From contig CBDCSU010000006.1 in NCBI GenBank assembly GCA_965221775.1, positions 1,120,001 to 1,184,000 on the forward strand: a DNA stretch of 64,000 bases, in the 5' to 3' direction. Under the pieces are notes generated by a model. It was not told where the DNA came from, made no database searches, and saw only the letters and a program-made list of their open reading frames with translations. Both the position numbers and the translations under genes were made by a program. The first letter of the stretch is position 1. Each line of letters starts with the position of its first letter. This DNA is from Candidatus Latescibacterota bacterium (GTDB lineage Bacteria > Latescibacterota > UBA2968 > UBA8231). Positions 48,240 through 59,600 of this stretch are shown here, piece after piece.

Positions 48240-50597
48240 ATGGTCTCCCTGATCCACCGGTACACCCGCTGGCTGCACGGCCGCTGGCCCGCCGGCACGG
48301 TGGAGAAGCTGCCGGAGGTCGACGCCCGCTACCGCAGCAACGTCCCCGGCCTCTACATCGTCGGGGACCTGACCGGCATCCCGCTGCTGAAGTTCTCTTC
48401 CAACAGCGGCGCCCTGGCCGTCGCCGACATCGTCGACGACGAGGACTTCCAGCGGCAGCGCCAGGCCGCCGGCGGCGAAGGGGTGCTCGACGTGGTCATC
48501 GTCGGCGCCGGCGTCTCCGGGATGGCCGCGGCCCTGGCCGCGCGCGAGGCCGGACTCGATTACGAGATCCTCGAGGCCACGGAGCCCTTCTCCACCGTGG
48601 TCAACTTCCCCAAGGGCAAGCCGATCTACACCTATCCGCGGGAGATGACGCCGGCGGGGGACCTGCAGTTCGCCGCCGAGGTCAAGGAGCCGCTGGTGGC
48701 CGAGCTGCGGGAGCAGACCCTCGAGCGCGGGATCGAGCCCCGCATCGCCCGCGTGGAGCGGGTCGAGCGGGCGGGCGGCCACTTCACGGTGGTCATCCCC
48801 GACGGCGAGGACCTGCAAGCCCTCCGGGTGGTCGTCGCCATCGGCCGCTCCGGGAACTTCCGCCAGCTCGGCGTGCCCGGCGAGGACCTCGACAAGGTCT
48901 CCAACCGGCTGCACGATCCCAAGGACTACGCCGGCCAGGACGTGCTCGTCGTCGGCGGCGGCGACAGCGCCATGGAGACGGCCATCGCCGTGGCCACCGC
49001 CGGCGGACGCGTGACCCTCTCCTACCGCCGGCCCGAGTTCTCGCGGCCCAAGCCGGAGAACCTGGAACGACTGGAGGCGCTCGCCGCCGACCCGATGGCG
49101 GACGTCTCGGTGGACACGCCCACCTCCGAACGCGTGACCACCTCGAGCGGCCCCTTCCTAGAGGAGGAGCGCCGTCCCGGATCGATCGACGTCAGGATGT
49201 CGTCCAAGGTCCTCGCCATCGAGGCGGGCGAGGTGGCGCTCGCCGACGCTGGCGGCGAAGAGGTGAAGCTGCCCAACGACGCGGTCTTCACCATGATCGG
49301 CCGCGAGGCGCCGCTGGAGTTCTTCCGGCGCTCGGGGGTGCGCATCCGCGGCGAGATGGGGCCCCGCGAGTGGACCGGCTTCGGCCTGTTCATGGCCTTC
49401 TGCATGTTCCTCTACAACTGGAAGGCCGGCGGCCCTCTGACCCGCTGGTTCCAGGAGTCCGGCTGGTTCCCCTTCAACGTGCCGTCCCTGCTGGCCGCCG
49501 CCGACGCCCACGCCGCCAGCCTCTGGGGGCTGATGGCCTTCAACCTGGGCAAGCCCGGCTTCTACTACAGTCTCGCCTACTGCGCCCTCGTGGTGATCTT
49601 CGGGTACCGTCGGGTGCGCCGGCGGCCGACCCCGTACGTCAAATGGCAGACCGGGAGCCTGGCCCTCTTCCAGGTGGTGCCCCTGTTCCTGCTGCCCTAC
49701 TTCGTCCTGCCCTGGATGGGCAACGCCGGCTGGTTCGACGCCGGCTTCGGGAAGAGCTTCGCCGACGCCTTCTTCCCGGAGGTCTCCTACGACCACGGCC
49801 GGGAGTACTGGCGCGCCTTCGGCTTCGTCCTCGCCTGGCCCCTCTTCGTGTGGAACGTCTTCACCCACCAGCCGCTGACCGCGTGGCTGGTGGTCAGCCT
49901 CGTGCAGACCTTCGTCATCATCCCGGCGATCATCTACTTCTGGGGCAAGGGCGCCTACTGCGGCTGGATCTGCTCCTGCGGGGCCTTGGCCGAAACCCTC
50001 GGTGACGCCCACCGGCAAAAGATGATGCACGGGGCCCGCTGGAACCGCTGGAACCTGCTCGGCCAGGCGATCCTGCTGATCTGCCTGCTGCTGCTGGCGA
50101 CCCGCGTCGTCGGCTGGGTCTGGCCCGAGAGTGGGATCGGCGTGCAGCTGCGGCAGGTCCACGAGGGCCTGCTCTACGGCTGGAGCTTCGGCGGCGTCCC
50201 CCTCAACTACAGCTACCTCGTCGACCTGATGCTGGCCGGCGTCGTCGGCTACGGCGCCTACTTCTGGTACAGCGGCCGCGTCTGGTGCCGCTTCGCCTGC
50301 CCCCTGGCGGCGCTGATGCACGTGTACGCGCGCTTCAGCCGTTTCCGCATCCTGGCGGACAAGAAGAAGTGCATCTCCTGCAACGTCTGCACCTCCGTCT
50401 GCCACCAGGGCATCGACATCATGAACTTCGCCAACAAGGGACTGCCCATGGCCGACCCCGAGTGCGTCCGCTGCTCGGCCTGCGTCGAGTCCTGCCCCAC
50501 CGGCGTGCTGGAGTTCGGCCAGGTCGACAAGAGCGGAGAGGTGATCAAGGTCGACAGGCTGGTCGCCTCGACGACCCGGCAGCGGGAGTCGAAGTGA
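48240..50597 (+). CDS. TrxB-like FAD/NAD(P) oxidoreductase fused to NapH/MauN-type membrane 4Fe-4S domain
   Basis: IVGAGVSG, VVGGGDSA, several TMs, YCGWICSCG, WCRFACP, CxxCxxCxxxC twice. Confidence 0.85.
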   Translation: MVSLIHRYTRWLHGRWPAGTVEKLPEVDARYRSNVPGLYIVGDLTGIPLLKFSSNSGALAVADIVDDEDFQRQRQAAGGEGVLDVVIVGAGVSGMAAALAAREAGLDYEILEATEPFSTVVNFPKGKPIYTYPREMTPAGDLQFAAEVKEPLVAELREQTLERGIEPRIARVERVERAGGHFTVVIPDGEDLQALRVVVAIGRSGNFRQLGVPGEDLDKVSNRLHDPKDYAGQDVLVVGGGDSAMETAIAVATAGGRVTLSYRRPEFSRPKPENLERLEALAADPMADVSVDTPTSERVTTSSGPFLEEERRPGSIDVRMSSKVLAIEAGEVALADAGGEEVKLPNDAVFTMIGREAPLEFFRRSGVRIRGEMGPREWTGFGLFMAFCMFLYNWKAGGPLTRWFQESGWFPFNVPSLLAAADAHAASLWGLMAFNLGKPGFYYSLAYCALVVIFGYRRVRRRPTPYVKWQTGSLALFQVVPLFLLPYFVLPWMGNAGWFDAGFGKSFADAFFPEVSYDHGREYWRAFGFVLAWPLFVWNVFTHQPLTAWLVVSLVQTFVIIPAIIYFWGKGAYCGWICSCGALAETLGDAHRQKMMHGARWNRWNLLGQAILLICLLLLATRVVGWVWPESGIGVQLRQVHEGLLYGWSFGGVPLNYSYLVDLMLAGVVGYGAYFWYSGRVWCRFACPLAALMHVYARFSRFRILADKKKCISCNVCTSVCHQGIDIMNFANKGLPMADPECVRCSACVESCPTGVLEFGQVDKSGEVIKVDRLVASTTRQRESK

Positions 50598-50689
50598 TTG
50601 CGTAGTCTTTCCGCCCGTTGGGCCGGCGAGCTGCCAGGCCGGTCCGGGCTGCTGACGAAACCACTTTTCAGAATCCCCGGAGGAACACC

Positions 50690-51460
50690 ATGTCATCCGC
50701 GAAGATCACCTTCCTCGGTCACGCCTCCTTCCGCTTCGAGTCGGGCGAGGGGACCGTGATCTACTTCGACGCCTGGCTCGACGACAACCCCACGGCCAAG
50801 CTGCGGCTCTCGCAGGTGCGCAAGGCGGACATCGTCATCGCCTCCCACGGACACAACGATCACGTGGGCGACTCCTTCGAGATCTGCAAGCGCACGCAGG
50901 CGAAGTTCGTCGGCTGCTACGAGATGTGCCTGGTGGCCGAGGCCCACGGCCTCGCGCTCGGCGACGCCGCCGTGCCCCTGAACCCGGGGGGCTCGACGAA
51001 GATCAAGGACGTGACCCTCACCATGACCCAGGCCCATCACTCGCTGTCCATGTCCCCCGAGCTGGCCAAGGGAGCCCCCTCCGGCGACGAGTACTTCCGC
51101 CCCGACGGGGCCGTGGCCGGCTTCGTCCTCTCCTTCGACGACGGGGTCACCATCTACGACTCGGCCGACACCTGCCTGTTCTCCGACATGCAACTCATCG
51201 GCCAGATGCACGGCCCCCAGGTGGCGATCCTGCCCGTGGGCGGCATGTTCACCATGGGCGTCCGCGAGGCCGCCCGCGCCGCCAGCCTGATCCGTCCCGA
51301 CGTGGTGATCCCCTGCCACTACGGCGAGACGATGGGGCAGCCCGCCGACATCGAGGAGCTTCGCCGGGGGGTCGAGTTCCTCTCCTCCGGCACCAAGGTC
51401 GCCGCCCTCGAGGTGGGACAGACCCTGAGCTACACGGCCTCCAGCTTCCGCGTCGCCTGA
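50690..51460 (+). CDS. metal-dependent hydrolase (MBL fold, UPF0173-like)
   Basis: LGHASF, SHGHNDH, LPVGG.FTMG, IPCHY. ATG follows GGAGG. Confidence 0.88.
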   Translation: MSSAKITFLGHASFRFESGEGTVIYFDAWLDDNPTAKLRLSQVRKADIVIASHGHNDHVGDSFEICKRTQAKFVGCYEMCLVAEAHGLALGDAAVPLNPGGSTKIKDVTLTMTQAHHSLSMSPELAKGAPSGDEYFRPDGAVAGFVLSFDDGVTIYDSADTCLFSDMQLIGQMHGPQVAILPVGGMFTMGVREAARAASLIRPDVVIPCHYGETMGQPADIEELRRGVEFLSSGTKVAALEVGQTLSYTASSFRVA

Positions 51461-51485
51461 GAGCGGACCCCACCCGACGCCGCCG

Positions 51486-51542
51486 TTGACAGAACCGGAC
51501 ACCGGCCCGCACATTCTCCGGGAACTGAACTGACCGGTCAGT
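51486..51542 (+). promoter_or_regulatory. promoter and TetR-type operator of the RND operon
   Basis: TTGACA at 51486-51491. Perfect 14-bp palindrome ACTGACCGGTCAGT at 51529-51542 upstream of the TetR gene. Confidence 0.75.
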
Positions 51543-51598
51543 CATCCATTGCCCCCGGGCAGGAGGCCCTTGGTCAGCAGCCCCCAGGTAGCAGCCCT

Positions 51599-52240
51599 TT
51601 GCCAAGTTCAAGCCCCAACCCCACGGACCTGGCCCCGGCCCAGGAGGAACGGCGCCGGGCGATCATCGAGGCCGCCGAGCGGCTCTTCGCGGAGGGCCGG
51701 TTCGACGAGGTCCTGATGGAGGACGTGGCCGCCCGGGCGGGGGTCGCCAAGGGGACGGTCTACCGCTACTTCGCGGACAAGGAGTCCCTCTACCTCACCG
51801 TCCTCACCGAGGGCTTCGAGGACCTGCAGCGGCAGCTCCGCGAGGTCTCCAGCCCCGACCCGGTGGTCCGGCTGGAGCACGCGGTGGGCGCCGTGGTCGG
51901 CTACATGAGCCGCAACCGGTTCCTCTTCCGGCTCATGTGGCGCGACGAGAGCGAGGCCGCCCGCCGGCGCGGGCACCGGCAGCGCTGGAAGGTGCAGCGG
52001 GCGAAGCTGGTCGACGCCGTCGCCGAGGTGCTGCGCTACGGAGAGGAACGGGGCGCCTTCGCCGTGCCCCACCTGCAGACGGACGCCCAGATCCTGCTTG
52101 GAATGATCCGGTCGTGCATCCGGTCCAACGAGCAGGGCCTCAGGCCCGACGAGATCGTATCCGAGGTCGTGCGCGTGTTCCTCCACGGCGTGCGCCGGCC
52201 GGAGGCGCGCGGAAACCCAGCCACAGGAGAAGGCACGTGA
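51599..52240 (+). CDS. TetR/AcrR family regulator
   Basis: IIEAAERLF..GRF...MEDVAARAGVAKGTVYRYFADKESL. Confidence 0.92.
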   Translation: MPSSSPNPTDLAPAQEERRRAIIEAAERLFAEGRFDEVLMEDVAARAGVAKGTVYRYFADKESLYLTVLTEGFEDLQRQLREVSSPDPVVRLEHAVGAVVGYMSRNRFLFRLMWRDESEAARRRGHRQRWKVQRAKLVDAVAEVLRYGEERGAFAVPHLQTDAQILLGMIRSCIRSNEQGLRPDEIVSEVVRVFLHGVRRPEARGNPATGEGT

Positions 52241-53550
52241 GAGGATCGATCACCGGAATCGCCGCGGCGGCCCTGCTCGCCGCCTGCGGCGGCAGTGAGC
52301 AAGAGGGGGGAGGAGGAGGCTGGCCAGGGCGGGGAGGCGGCCGGCCGGGCGGGGAGGCGGCGCTGCCGGTGCGCACCGAGGCCGTCGAGCGCGGCGAGAT
52401 CACCAGCTACGTCGAGACCCACGCCCGCCTCGAGGCCGAGCGCTGGGTGGAGGTCGTGTCGCGCGCCCAGGGGCTGGCCGAGGCGCTGCTCGCCGAGGAG
52501 GGCGACCAGGCCCGGGAGGGCCAGGTCCTGCTGCGCCTGGAGAAGGAGGAGGCCCGCCTGCGCGTGCGCCAGGCCCAGGTGGCCCTGGCCCAGGCGCGGT
52601 CCACCCTCGAGCGCACCGAGGCCCTCCACGGGCAGAACCTGGTGAGCCAGGAGGAGTTCGAGAGCGCCGGCAACCAGCTCGAGAACGCCGAGGTGGCCCT
52701 GCGGGAGGCGCAACTGGGCCTGGAGTACACCGACATCCGCGCCCCCATCGACGGCATCGTCATGCTGCGGCAGGTGGAGCAGGGAGACCTGGTGCGGGCC
52801 AACGAGGTCCTGTTCTCCATGGCCGACGTCGATCCCCTGCAGGCGCGCATCCAGGTGCCCGAGAAACGCATCGGCCAGATCCACACGGGCCAGCCGGCGC
52901 GGGTCATGATCGACGCCCTGGCGGATCGGGTCTTCCCCGCCAGCGTGCGCCGCATCAGCCCCGGCGTCGACCCGGCGAGCGGCACGATCAAGGTCACCCT
53001 GGACATCCCGCCCGCCGCCGGCGTCCTGCGCCCCGGCATGTTCGCCACCGTGCGCATCATCACGGAGGTCCACGAGCAGGCCCTGATCATCCCCAAGAAG
53101 GCCCTGGTCCTGGAGACGGACCAGGACGATGTCTTCGCCGTGCGCGACGGCCAGGCGAAACGGCTGCGCGTGGAGCTGGGATACGCCGACGGCGACCGCG
53201 TCGAGGTGCTCTCGGGCCTGGCCGACGACGACCGGGTGATCACCGTCGGCCACGAGGGGCTCAAGGACGGCGCCGTGGTGCGGGTCGTGGGCGAGGCGGG
53301 TGAAGTGGCCGCGGCGGGCGACTCCGCCGCGGCGGGCGGTCCTCCGGTTCCGCGGGCGGCGGCGGGACCCGGGCAGCGCCGGGCGCCGCCCGATTCGGCT
53401 GCCTTCGTCGCCCGCGCCATGGGCCGCGGACTGAGCGAGGAGCAGGCGGTGCAGCGCTACGCGAGCATGAAGGAGCGCTTCGCCGAAGCGCGGGGCGGAG
53501 ACCGGGGCAGCCGCGGCGAGGGCGGTAGAACCGGCGGGAGCGGCCGGTGA
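52237..53550 (+). CDS. RND periplasmic adaptor (MFP), lipoprotein
   Basis: GTG overlaps the TetR stop. Lipobox LAAC, IRAPIDG, LRPGMF, EVLSGL. Confidence 0.92.
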   Translation: MRGSITGIAAAALLAACGGSEQEGGGGGWPGRGGGRPGGEAALPVRTEAVERGEITSYVETHARLEAERWVEVVSRAQGLAEALLAEEGDQAREGQVLLRLEKEEARLRVRQAQVALAQARSTLERTEALHGQNLVSQEEFESAGNQLENAEVALREAQLGLEYTDIRAPIDGIVMLRQVEQGDLVRANEVLFSMADVDPLQARIQVPEKRIGQIHTGQPARVMIDALADRVFPASVRRISPGVDPASGTIKVTLDIPPAAGVLRPGMFATVRIITEVHEQALIIPKKALVLETDQDDVFAVRDGQAKRLRVELGYADGDRVEVLSGLADDDRVITVGHEGLKDGAVVRVVGEAGEVAAAGDSAAAGGPPVPRAAAGPGQRRAPPDSAAFVARAMGRGLSEEQAVQRYASMKERFAEARGGDRGSRGEGGRTGGSGR

Positions 53551-56500
53551 AGCTCGTCGAGTTCTCGACCACCCGGCGGGTGACGGTGGCCATGATCATG
53601 GTCGCCGTGGCCGCCTTCGGCATGGTGGGGTTCTCGCGGCTGTCGGTGAACCTGCTGCCCGACATCACCTATCCCACGATCACCATCCGCACCGGGTACC
53701 CGGGCACGGCCCCGGCCGAGGTCGAGCGCCTGATCTCGGAGCCGATCGAGGGGCTGGTGGGCGTGGTCAGCCGCGTCGTGCGCGTCAGCTCGGTCTCGCG
53801 GCCAGGGCTGTCCGACGTCATCGTCGAGTTCGAGTGGGGCACCGACATGGACTTCGCCTCCCTCGACCTGCGCGAGAAGCTCGACCTCGTCGACCTGCCG
53901 CAGGAGGCGGAGAGCCCGATCCTGCTGCGCTTCGACCCCTCCCTCGACCCGATCATGCGCATCGCCCTCCACGGCGGCAGCAGCCTCATGGAGCTGCGCC
54001 GCGTCGCCGAGGACCGGGTGCGCCTGGACCTGGAGAGCCTCGAGGGGGTGGCGGCGGTGCGCGTCGAGGGCGGCCTGGAGGAGGAGATCCAGGTCGAGCT
54101 GGAGACCCGGCGGCTGGCGAGCCTCGGCATCCCCATCAGCGTCGTGACCCAGCGCCTGGCGGCGGAGAACGTGAACCTCACCGGGGGTCTGCTGAAGGAC
54201 GGCGAGGCGGAGTTCCTGGTGCGCACCCTGAACGAGCTCACCGGACCCGCCGACATCGAGCAGGTCGTCGTCGCCCGGATCGAGGGGGCGCCGGTGAAGC
54301 TGGCCGACGTGGGGCGGGTCGTGCGCGGCCACCAGGAACGCGACGTGGTGACCCGCATCGACGGCCGGGAGGGCGTGGAGATCGCCGTCTTCAAGGAGGG
54401 CGACGCCAACACGGTGAGCGTCTCGGCGGCGGTGCGCGAGCGCCTGGGCGAGTTCCAGTCCCGCTTCGGCGACCTCCTCGGCGACGCCGAGGTGGAGATC
54501 GTCGTCGACCAGGCGCGGTTCATCTCCCAGTCGGTGGACGAGGTCCTGAAGACGGCCGTCATCGGCGGCCTGCTGGCGATCGTCATCCTCTTCCTCTTCC
54601 TGCGCCATCTCAAGAGCACGGCCATCATCAGCCTGTCGATCCCGATCTCGGTGGCGGCCACCTTCTTCCTCATGTACGCCACCGGCGTGAGCCTCAACAT
54701 CATGTCCCTCGGCGGCCTGGCCCTGGGGGTGGGCATGCTGGTGGACAGCTCCATCGTCGTCCTCGAGAACGTGCAGCGCTACCGCGAGCAGGGCCGTTCC
54801 CCCCTGGAAGCGGCGCGCCTCGGCGCCGGCGAGGTCGGCTCCGCGGTGATCGCCGCCACCCTGACGACGATCTGCGTCTTCGTGCCGATCGTCTTCGTCG
54901 AGGGCGTGGCCGGACAGCTGTTCCGCGACCAGGCGCTGACCGTGACCTACTCGCTGGTAGCCTCCCTCCTGGTGGCGCTGATGCTGATCCCCATGCTCGC
55001 CTCCCTCGCCCTGCGTCCGCTCACGGCCGAGGAAGAGGGCCGCGGCGACGGGGCGGTGGTCCGCGGACCGGCGGCCCTGCTGCGGGCCCTCGGGGCGCTG
55101 CTGCGGGGTCTGGGGCGCGGGCTGGCGGCGCTGCTCTCGCCGCTGTTCTGGCTCTTCGACCGCGGCTACGGCGCCGCCGCCGGGGCCTACCCCCGGGTCC
55201 TGGGCTGGTGCCTGGGCCGCCGCGCCATCGCCCTGGCGGCCTTCGCGGCCCTGTCGGCGGGCGTGCTCTTCCAGGCCCGCACCCTCGGGGTCGAGCTGAT
55301 CCCCGAGATGAGCCAGGGCGAGTTCCTCATCGACCTGGAGTGGCCCGCCGGCACGCCCCTGGAGCGCACCACGGAGCTGGTGACCCGCCTCGACAGGCAG
55401 GTGCGGGAGCTGCCCGGCGTCGCCACCGTCTTCAGCCAGATCGGCGCCAGCGGCCAGACCGGCGGCTTCGCCGACGAGAAGAAGGAGAATCTGGCGCAGC
55501 TCTTCGTGCGCCTGGAACCCGGGCAGGAGCGCTCGGAGGAGCGGATCATGGACCGGGCCCACACCCTGCTGGCTGGCGTGCCCGACCTCGACCACCGGTT
55601 CTCGCGGCCTTCGTACTTCTCCTTCCGCGCCCCCGTGGAGGTGGAGGTCACCGGCTACAACCTGGAGACGCTCGAGGGGATCGCCGCCGAGCTGGCCGCC
55701 GGCATGCGCGCCATCCCCGGCCTCGTGGACGTCAAGTCGAGCGCCGAGGGCGGCCAGCCGGAGATCCAGGTCGTCTTCCACCGCGAGCGCATCGCCGAGC
55801 TGGGCACCACCATCCAGGACGCCGGCGGCCTGCTGCGCAACCAGCTGCAGGGCCAGGTCTCCACCGAGCTGATCCGCAGGGACCGACACATCGACGTGCG
55901 GGTGCGGGCGGTGGAGGAGGAGCGCCGCTCCGTCGAGGACCTGCAGGCCCTCGTGGTCAGCCCGCCGAGCTACCCGGTGCCGGTCTCCCTGGAGTCGGTG
56001 GCCGAGGTCGATGTGGTCGAGGGACCGGCCGAGATCCGCCGCCTCGACCAGGAGCGGGTGGTGGTGATCACCGCCAACCTGGCGGGCCGCGACCTGGGCA
56101 GCGCGGTGGAGGAGATCGAGGCGCTGGCCGCCGGGATCGCCCGGCCCGAGGGCTTCGATGTCTCCATGGGCGGCCAGAACGAGGAGATGGTGCGCTCCTT
56201 CGACAGCATGAGGTTCGCCCTCCTCCTGGCGGTCTTCCTCGTCTACTTGGTCATGGCGTCGCAGTTCGAGTCGTTCCTGCACCCGCTGGTGATCATGTTC
56301 ACCATCCCCCTCGGCCTGGTGGGCAGCGCCCTGGCGCTGCTGGCGGTCGACGCGCGGGTGAGCGTCGTCGTCCTCATCGGGCTGATCATGCTGGCCGGCA
56401 TCGTGGTGAACAACGCCATCGTCCTGGTGGACTACGTCAACACCCTGCGGCGGCGGGACGGGCTGCCGCGGCTGGAAGCCGTCCTCGAGGCCGGACGGCT

Positions 56501-56696
56501 GCGTTTCCGGCCGATCCTGATGACCACCTCGACGACGGTGCTGGCCCTGCTGCCCATGGCCCTGGGCCTGGGGGAGGGCGCCGAGATCCGCGCCCCCATG
56601 GCGATCACCGTCATCGGCGGCCTGCTGCTGTCGACGGTGCTCACCCTGGTGGTCGTCCCCGTGGTCTACACCCTTCTGGACAGGTCCGCCTCATGA
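53547..56696 (+). CDS. RND efflux permease subunit 1
   Basis: LLPDI..P, GMLVDSSIVVLEN, GIVVNNAIVLVD, RFRPILMT. Confidence 0.95.
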   Translation: MKLVEFSTTRRVTVAMIMVAVAAFGMVGFSRLSVNLLPDITYPTITIRTGYPGTAPAEVERLISEPIEGLVGVVSRVVRVSSVSRPGLSDVIVEFEWGTDMDFASLDLREKLDLVDLPQEAESPILLRFDPSLDPIMRIALHGGSSLMELRRVAEDRVRLDLESLEGVAAVRVEGGLEEEIQVELETRRLASLGIPISVVTQRLAAENVNLTGGLLKDGEAEFLVRTLNELTGPADIEQVVVARIEGAPVKLADVGRVVRGHQERDVVTRIDGREGVEIAVFKEGDANTVSVSAAVRERLGEFQSRFGDLLGDAEVEIVVDQARFISQSVDEVLKTAVIGGLLAIVILFLFLRHLKSTAIISLSIPISVAATFFLMYATGVSLNIMSLGGLALGVGMLVDSSIVVLENVQRYREQGRSPLEAARLGAGEVGSAVIAATLTTICVFVPIVFVEGVAGQLFRDQALTVTYSLVASLLVALMLIPMLASLALRPLTAEEEGRGDGAVVRGPAALLRALGALLRGLGRGLAALLSPLFWLFDRGYGAAAGAYPRVLGWCLGRRAIALAAFAALSAGVLFQARTLGVELIPEMSQGEFLIDLEWPAGTPLERTTELVTRLDRQVRELPGVATVFSQIGASGQTGGFADEKKENLAQLFVRLEPGQERSEERIMDRAHTLLAGVPDLDHRFSRPSYFSFRAPVEVEVTGYNLETLEGIAAELAAGMRAIPGLVDVKSSAEGGQPEIQVVFHRERIAELGTTIQDAGGLLRNQLQGQVSTELIRRDRHIDVRVRAVEEERRSVEDLQALVVSPPSYPVPVSLESVAEVDVVEGPAEIRRLDQERVVVITANLAGRDLGSAVEEIEALAAGIARPEGFDVSMGGQNEEMVRSFDSMRFALLLAVFLVYLVMASQFESFLHPLVIMFTIPLGLVGSALALLAVDARVSVVVLIGLIMLAGIVVNNAIVLVDYVNTLRRRDGLPRLEAVLEAGRLRFRPILMTTSTTVLALLPMALGLGEGAEIRAPMAITVIGGLLLSTVLTLVVVPVVYTLLDRSAS

Positions 56697-59600
56697 GACT
56701 CGCGCGCTTCGCCGTCGAACGCCCGGTGACCCTGGCCATGATCACCCTGTCCACGGTCGTCCTCGGCGTCACCTGCTTCACCCGCATCCCCATGGAGGCC
56801 TACCCGACGATGACCTCCTCCTCGGTGAACGTGCGGGTCTCGTACCCGTCGTCCTCGCCGGAGGAGATCGAGCGGGAGATCACCATCCCCCTGGAGCAGT
56901 CCCTGGCCATGCTCGGCAACATCGAGCGCGTCAGCGCCACCTCCGGGGGCAGCTCGTCGAGCGTCCGGGTGGAGTTCAAGGCCGGCACCGACATGGACCT
57001 GGCGGTGATGGAGGTCCGCGACCGCGTCGACCAGGCGCGGGGGCTGCTGCCCTCCGACGTGGACCGCGTCTCCCTGTTCCGCTGGAACAACGAGTCCTAC
57101 CCCGTGCTCGAGGCCGACTTGGCGTGGAAGGGGGACGAGGACCGCCTCTTCGACATCGTCCGCGACGTGGTGGAGCCGCGGGTGCTGCGCATCGACGGCG
57201 TCGCCAACGTCGAGATCGACGGCCTCCAGGAGAAGCAGCTGATCATCGAGCTGGACCAGCAGCGCCTGCAGGCCCACGACGTCTCCCTGCCCTTCCTCGC
57301 CGGCCAGCTGCGGGCCGGCAACCTCGACGTCTCCCTCGGCCGCGTCGACCAGGCCGGGCGCCGCTACCTGGCCCGGGTCCGCGGCGAGTTCCAGGAGCCC
57401 GCCCAGATCGGGGACCTGCCCCTGGCCGGGCGCAACCTGCGCCTGAGCGACCTCGGCGAGGTGCGCTACGAGTACCCGGAGCGCAGGTCCTTCGAGCGCC
57501 TCAACGGCCGCGACGCCGTGGAGGTGGAGATCTACAAGGTCGCCGCCGACAACACTGTCGACGTGGCCCGCGAGGTGCGCGCCGTCCTCGAGGGCATCGT
57601 CGACGGCTACGGGGGCCTGCTCGACATCAACATCACCCGCGACCGGGCCGACCAGATCCTGGCGGAGCTGAACAAGCTCAAGGACACGGCCCTGCTGGGC
57701 AGCCTGCTGACGGTGGTCATCATCTTCCTCTTCCTGCGCAGCATCCGCAGCACCATCGCCATCGCCGTGGCGATCCCCGCCTCGGTCTGCTGCGTCTTCA
57801 CCGGCATCTACGTGGCCCGCGAGCTCTTCGAGTCGGCGATCACCCTCAACATGGTCTCCATGGTGGGGCTCATGCTCGCCGTGGGCATGCTCGTCGACCC
57901 GGCGGTGGTCACCCTCGAGTCGATCTTCCGGCGCCGAGAGGAGGAAGGCGCCGGCCCCGTGGAAGCGGCCGTCGGCGGCACCGGCGAGGTGGGCATGGCC
58001 GTCCTCGCCTCGGCCCTGACGACGATGTGCGTCTTCATCCCCTTCTTCTTCCTCGGCTCGGGATCGTCCCGCATCGTGCGCTTCATGGGCGACGCGGGGC
58101 TGACCATCTGCCTGGCGGTGGCCGTCTCCACGGTGGTCTCCCTGGCGGTCATCCCCCTGGCCGCCTCGCGGCTCTTCCGGCCGGGCGCCGAGCGCCACGA
58201 CCGGCGGCTGAAGGTCGCCATCGGGGCCCTCCTGCTCGCGGGCCTGAGCTGGAAGGTCGAGTCCATCGGCTGGGACGGCCTGGCCGCCTGGGGGCGCACC
58301 ACCGGCGCCCGGGTCCTGGAGACCACCCTCGGCATGCAGTGGTCCACGGCGGCCGTCCTCGGCGCCGTCCTGGTGCTGCTGGCCCTCCTCCTGCGCCACT
58401 TCCGGCGCCACGGCATGCGCGCCTCCTACGTGCGCCTGCTGGACTGGACCCTCGACCACCGGGCCGTAACCCTCGGGGTGGCGGTGGCGATGATGGGCGG
58501 CGGCGTGTGGATGTTCCTCAACATCGAGCAGCAGGGCATGCGCTGGCCCTCGGAGCGCCGCGTCGACATCACCGTCGAGACCGAGCGCAGCTTCAGCCTC
58601 GGGGAGGTGGACTCCCTCATGGCCGGCATCGAGCAGGACCTGCTGGCCCACGCCGAAGAGCTGGACCTGGAGACCCTGTCGACGCGGATCCGGCAGCGCA
58701 ACAGCAGGCTCCGGGCGCGGCTCGTCGACGCCGACGAGGGAAACCTGACGACGATGGAGGCACAGCAGGCGATTCGGCGCCGCCTGCCGGAGATGGCCGG
58801 CGTCGCCTACAAGATGGGCAGGACGCGCAGCTGGGCGGGCAACCTCCTCGGCGTCGAGGTGCAGCTGAAGGGGATCGATCCGGCGGTGCTGGAGGTGCTG
58901 GCCGAGGACGTGCAGGCGAGGCTCGCGCGGCTGCCCGGCGTCACCAGCGTCGACACCGACCTGCAGGAGGGGGAGGAGGAGATCCAGGTCTCCGTCGACC
59001 GCGAGCAGGCCCTCGGCTACGGCCTGTCGCCGCAGCGGGTGGCCTCCACCATCTCCACCGCCCTGGGGACGCGGCGCACGACCAGCTTCAAGGCGCCGGA
59101 GCGCGAGATCGGCGTCGTCCTGCAGCTGGAGGAGGACGACCGCGCCACCCTGGAGCAGCTGAAGAACACGGCCTTCGAGGGGCAGGACGGGACGCCGGTG
59201 CAGCTGGCCGCCCTGGCCGACTTCACCCACGCCGAGGCGCCGCGCAGCCTGCAGCGGGAGGACCGCCAGCAGACGCTCAACGTCTTCGCCAACACCACCA
59301 GCCGGCAGGCGGCGTACGCCCTCAACCCGCAGGTGCAGGCGATGATGGCCGAGATGACCCTGCCGCCGGGGTACTCGTGGCAGCTCGGGCGCGCCGCCCG
59401 CTGGGACTCGCAGGACACGGAGGGCAACCTCTTCACCCTGCTCTTCGCCGTGCTCCTCATCTACCTGATCATGGCCTCCCTCTTCGAGTCCCTGGTGCAC
59501 CCCTTCACCATCATGTTCGCCATCCCGTTCTCGCTCATCGGCGTCTCCGCCGCCCTGTGGGGCCTCGACGTCGCCTTCGACCCCAACGCCATGCTGGGAC

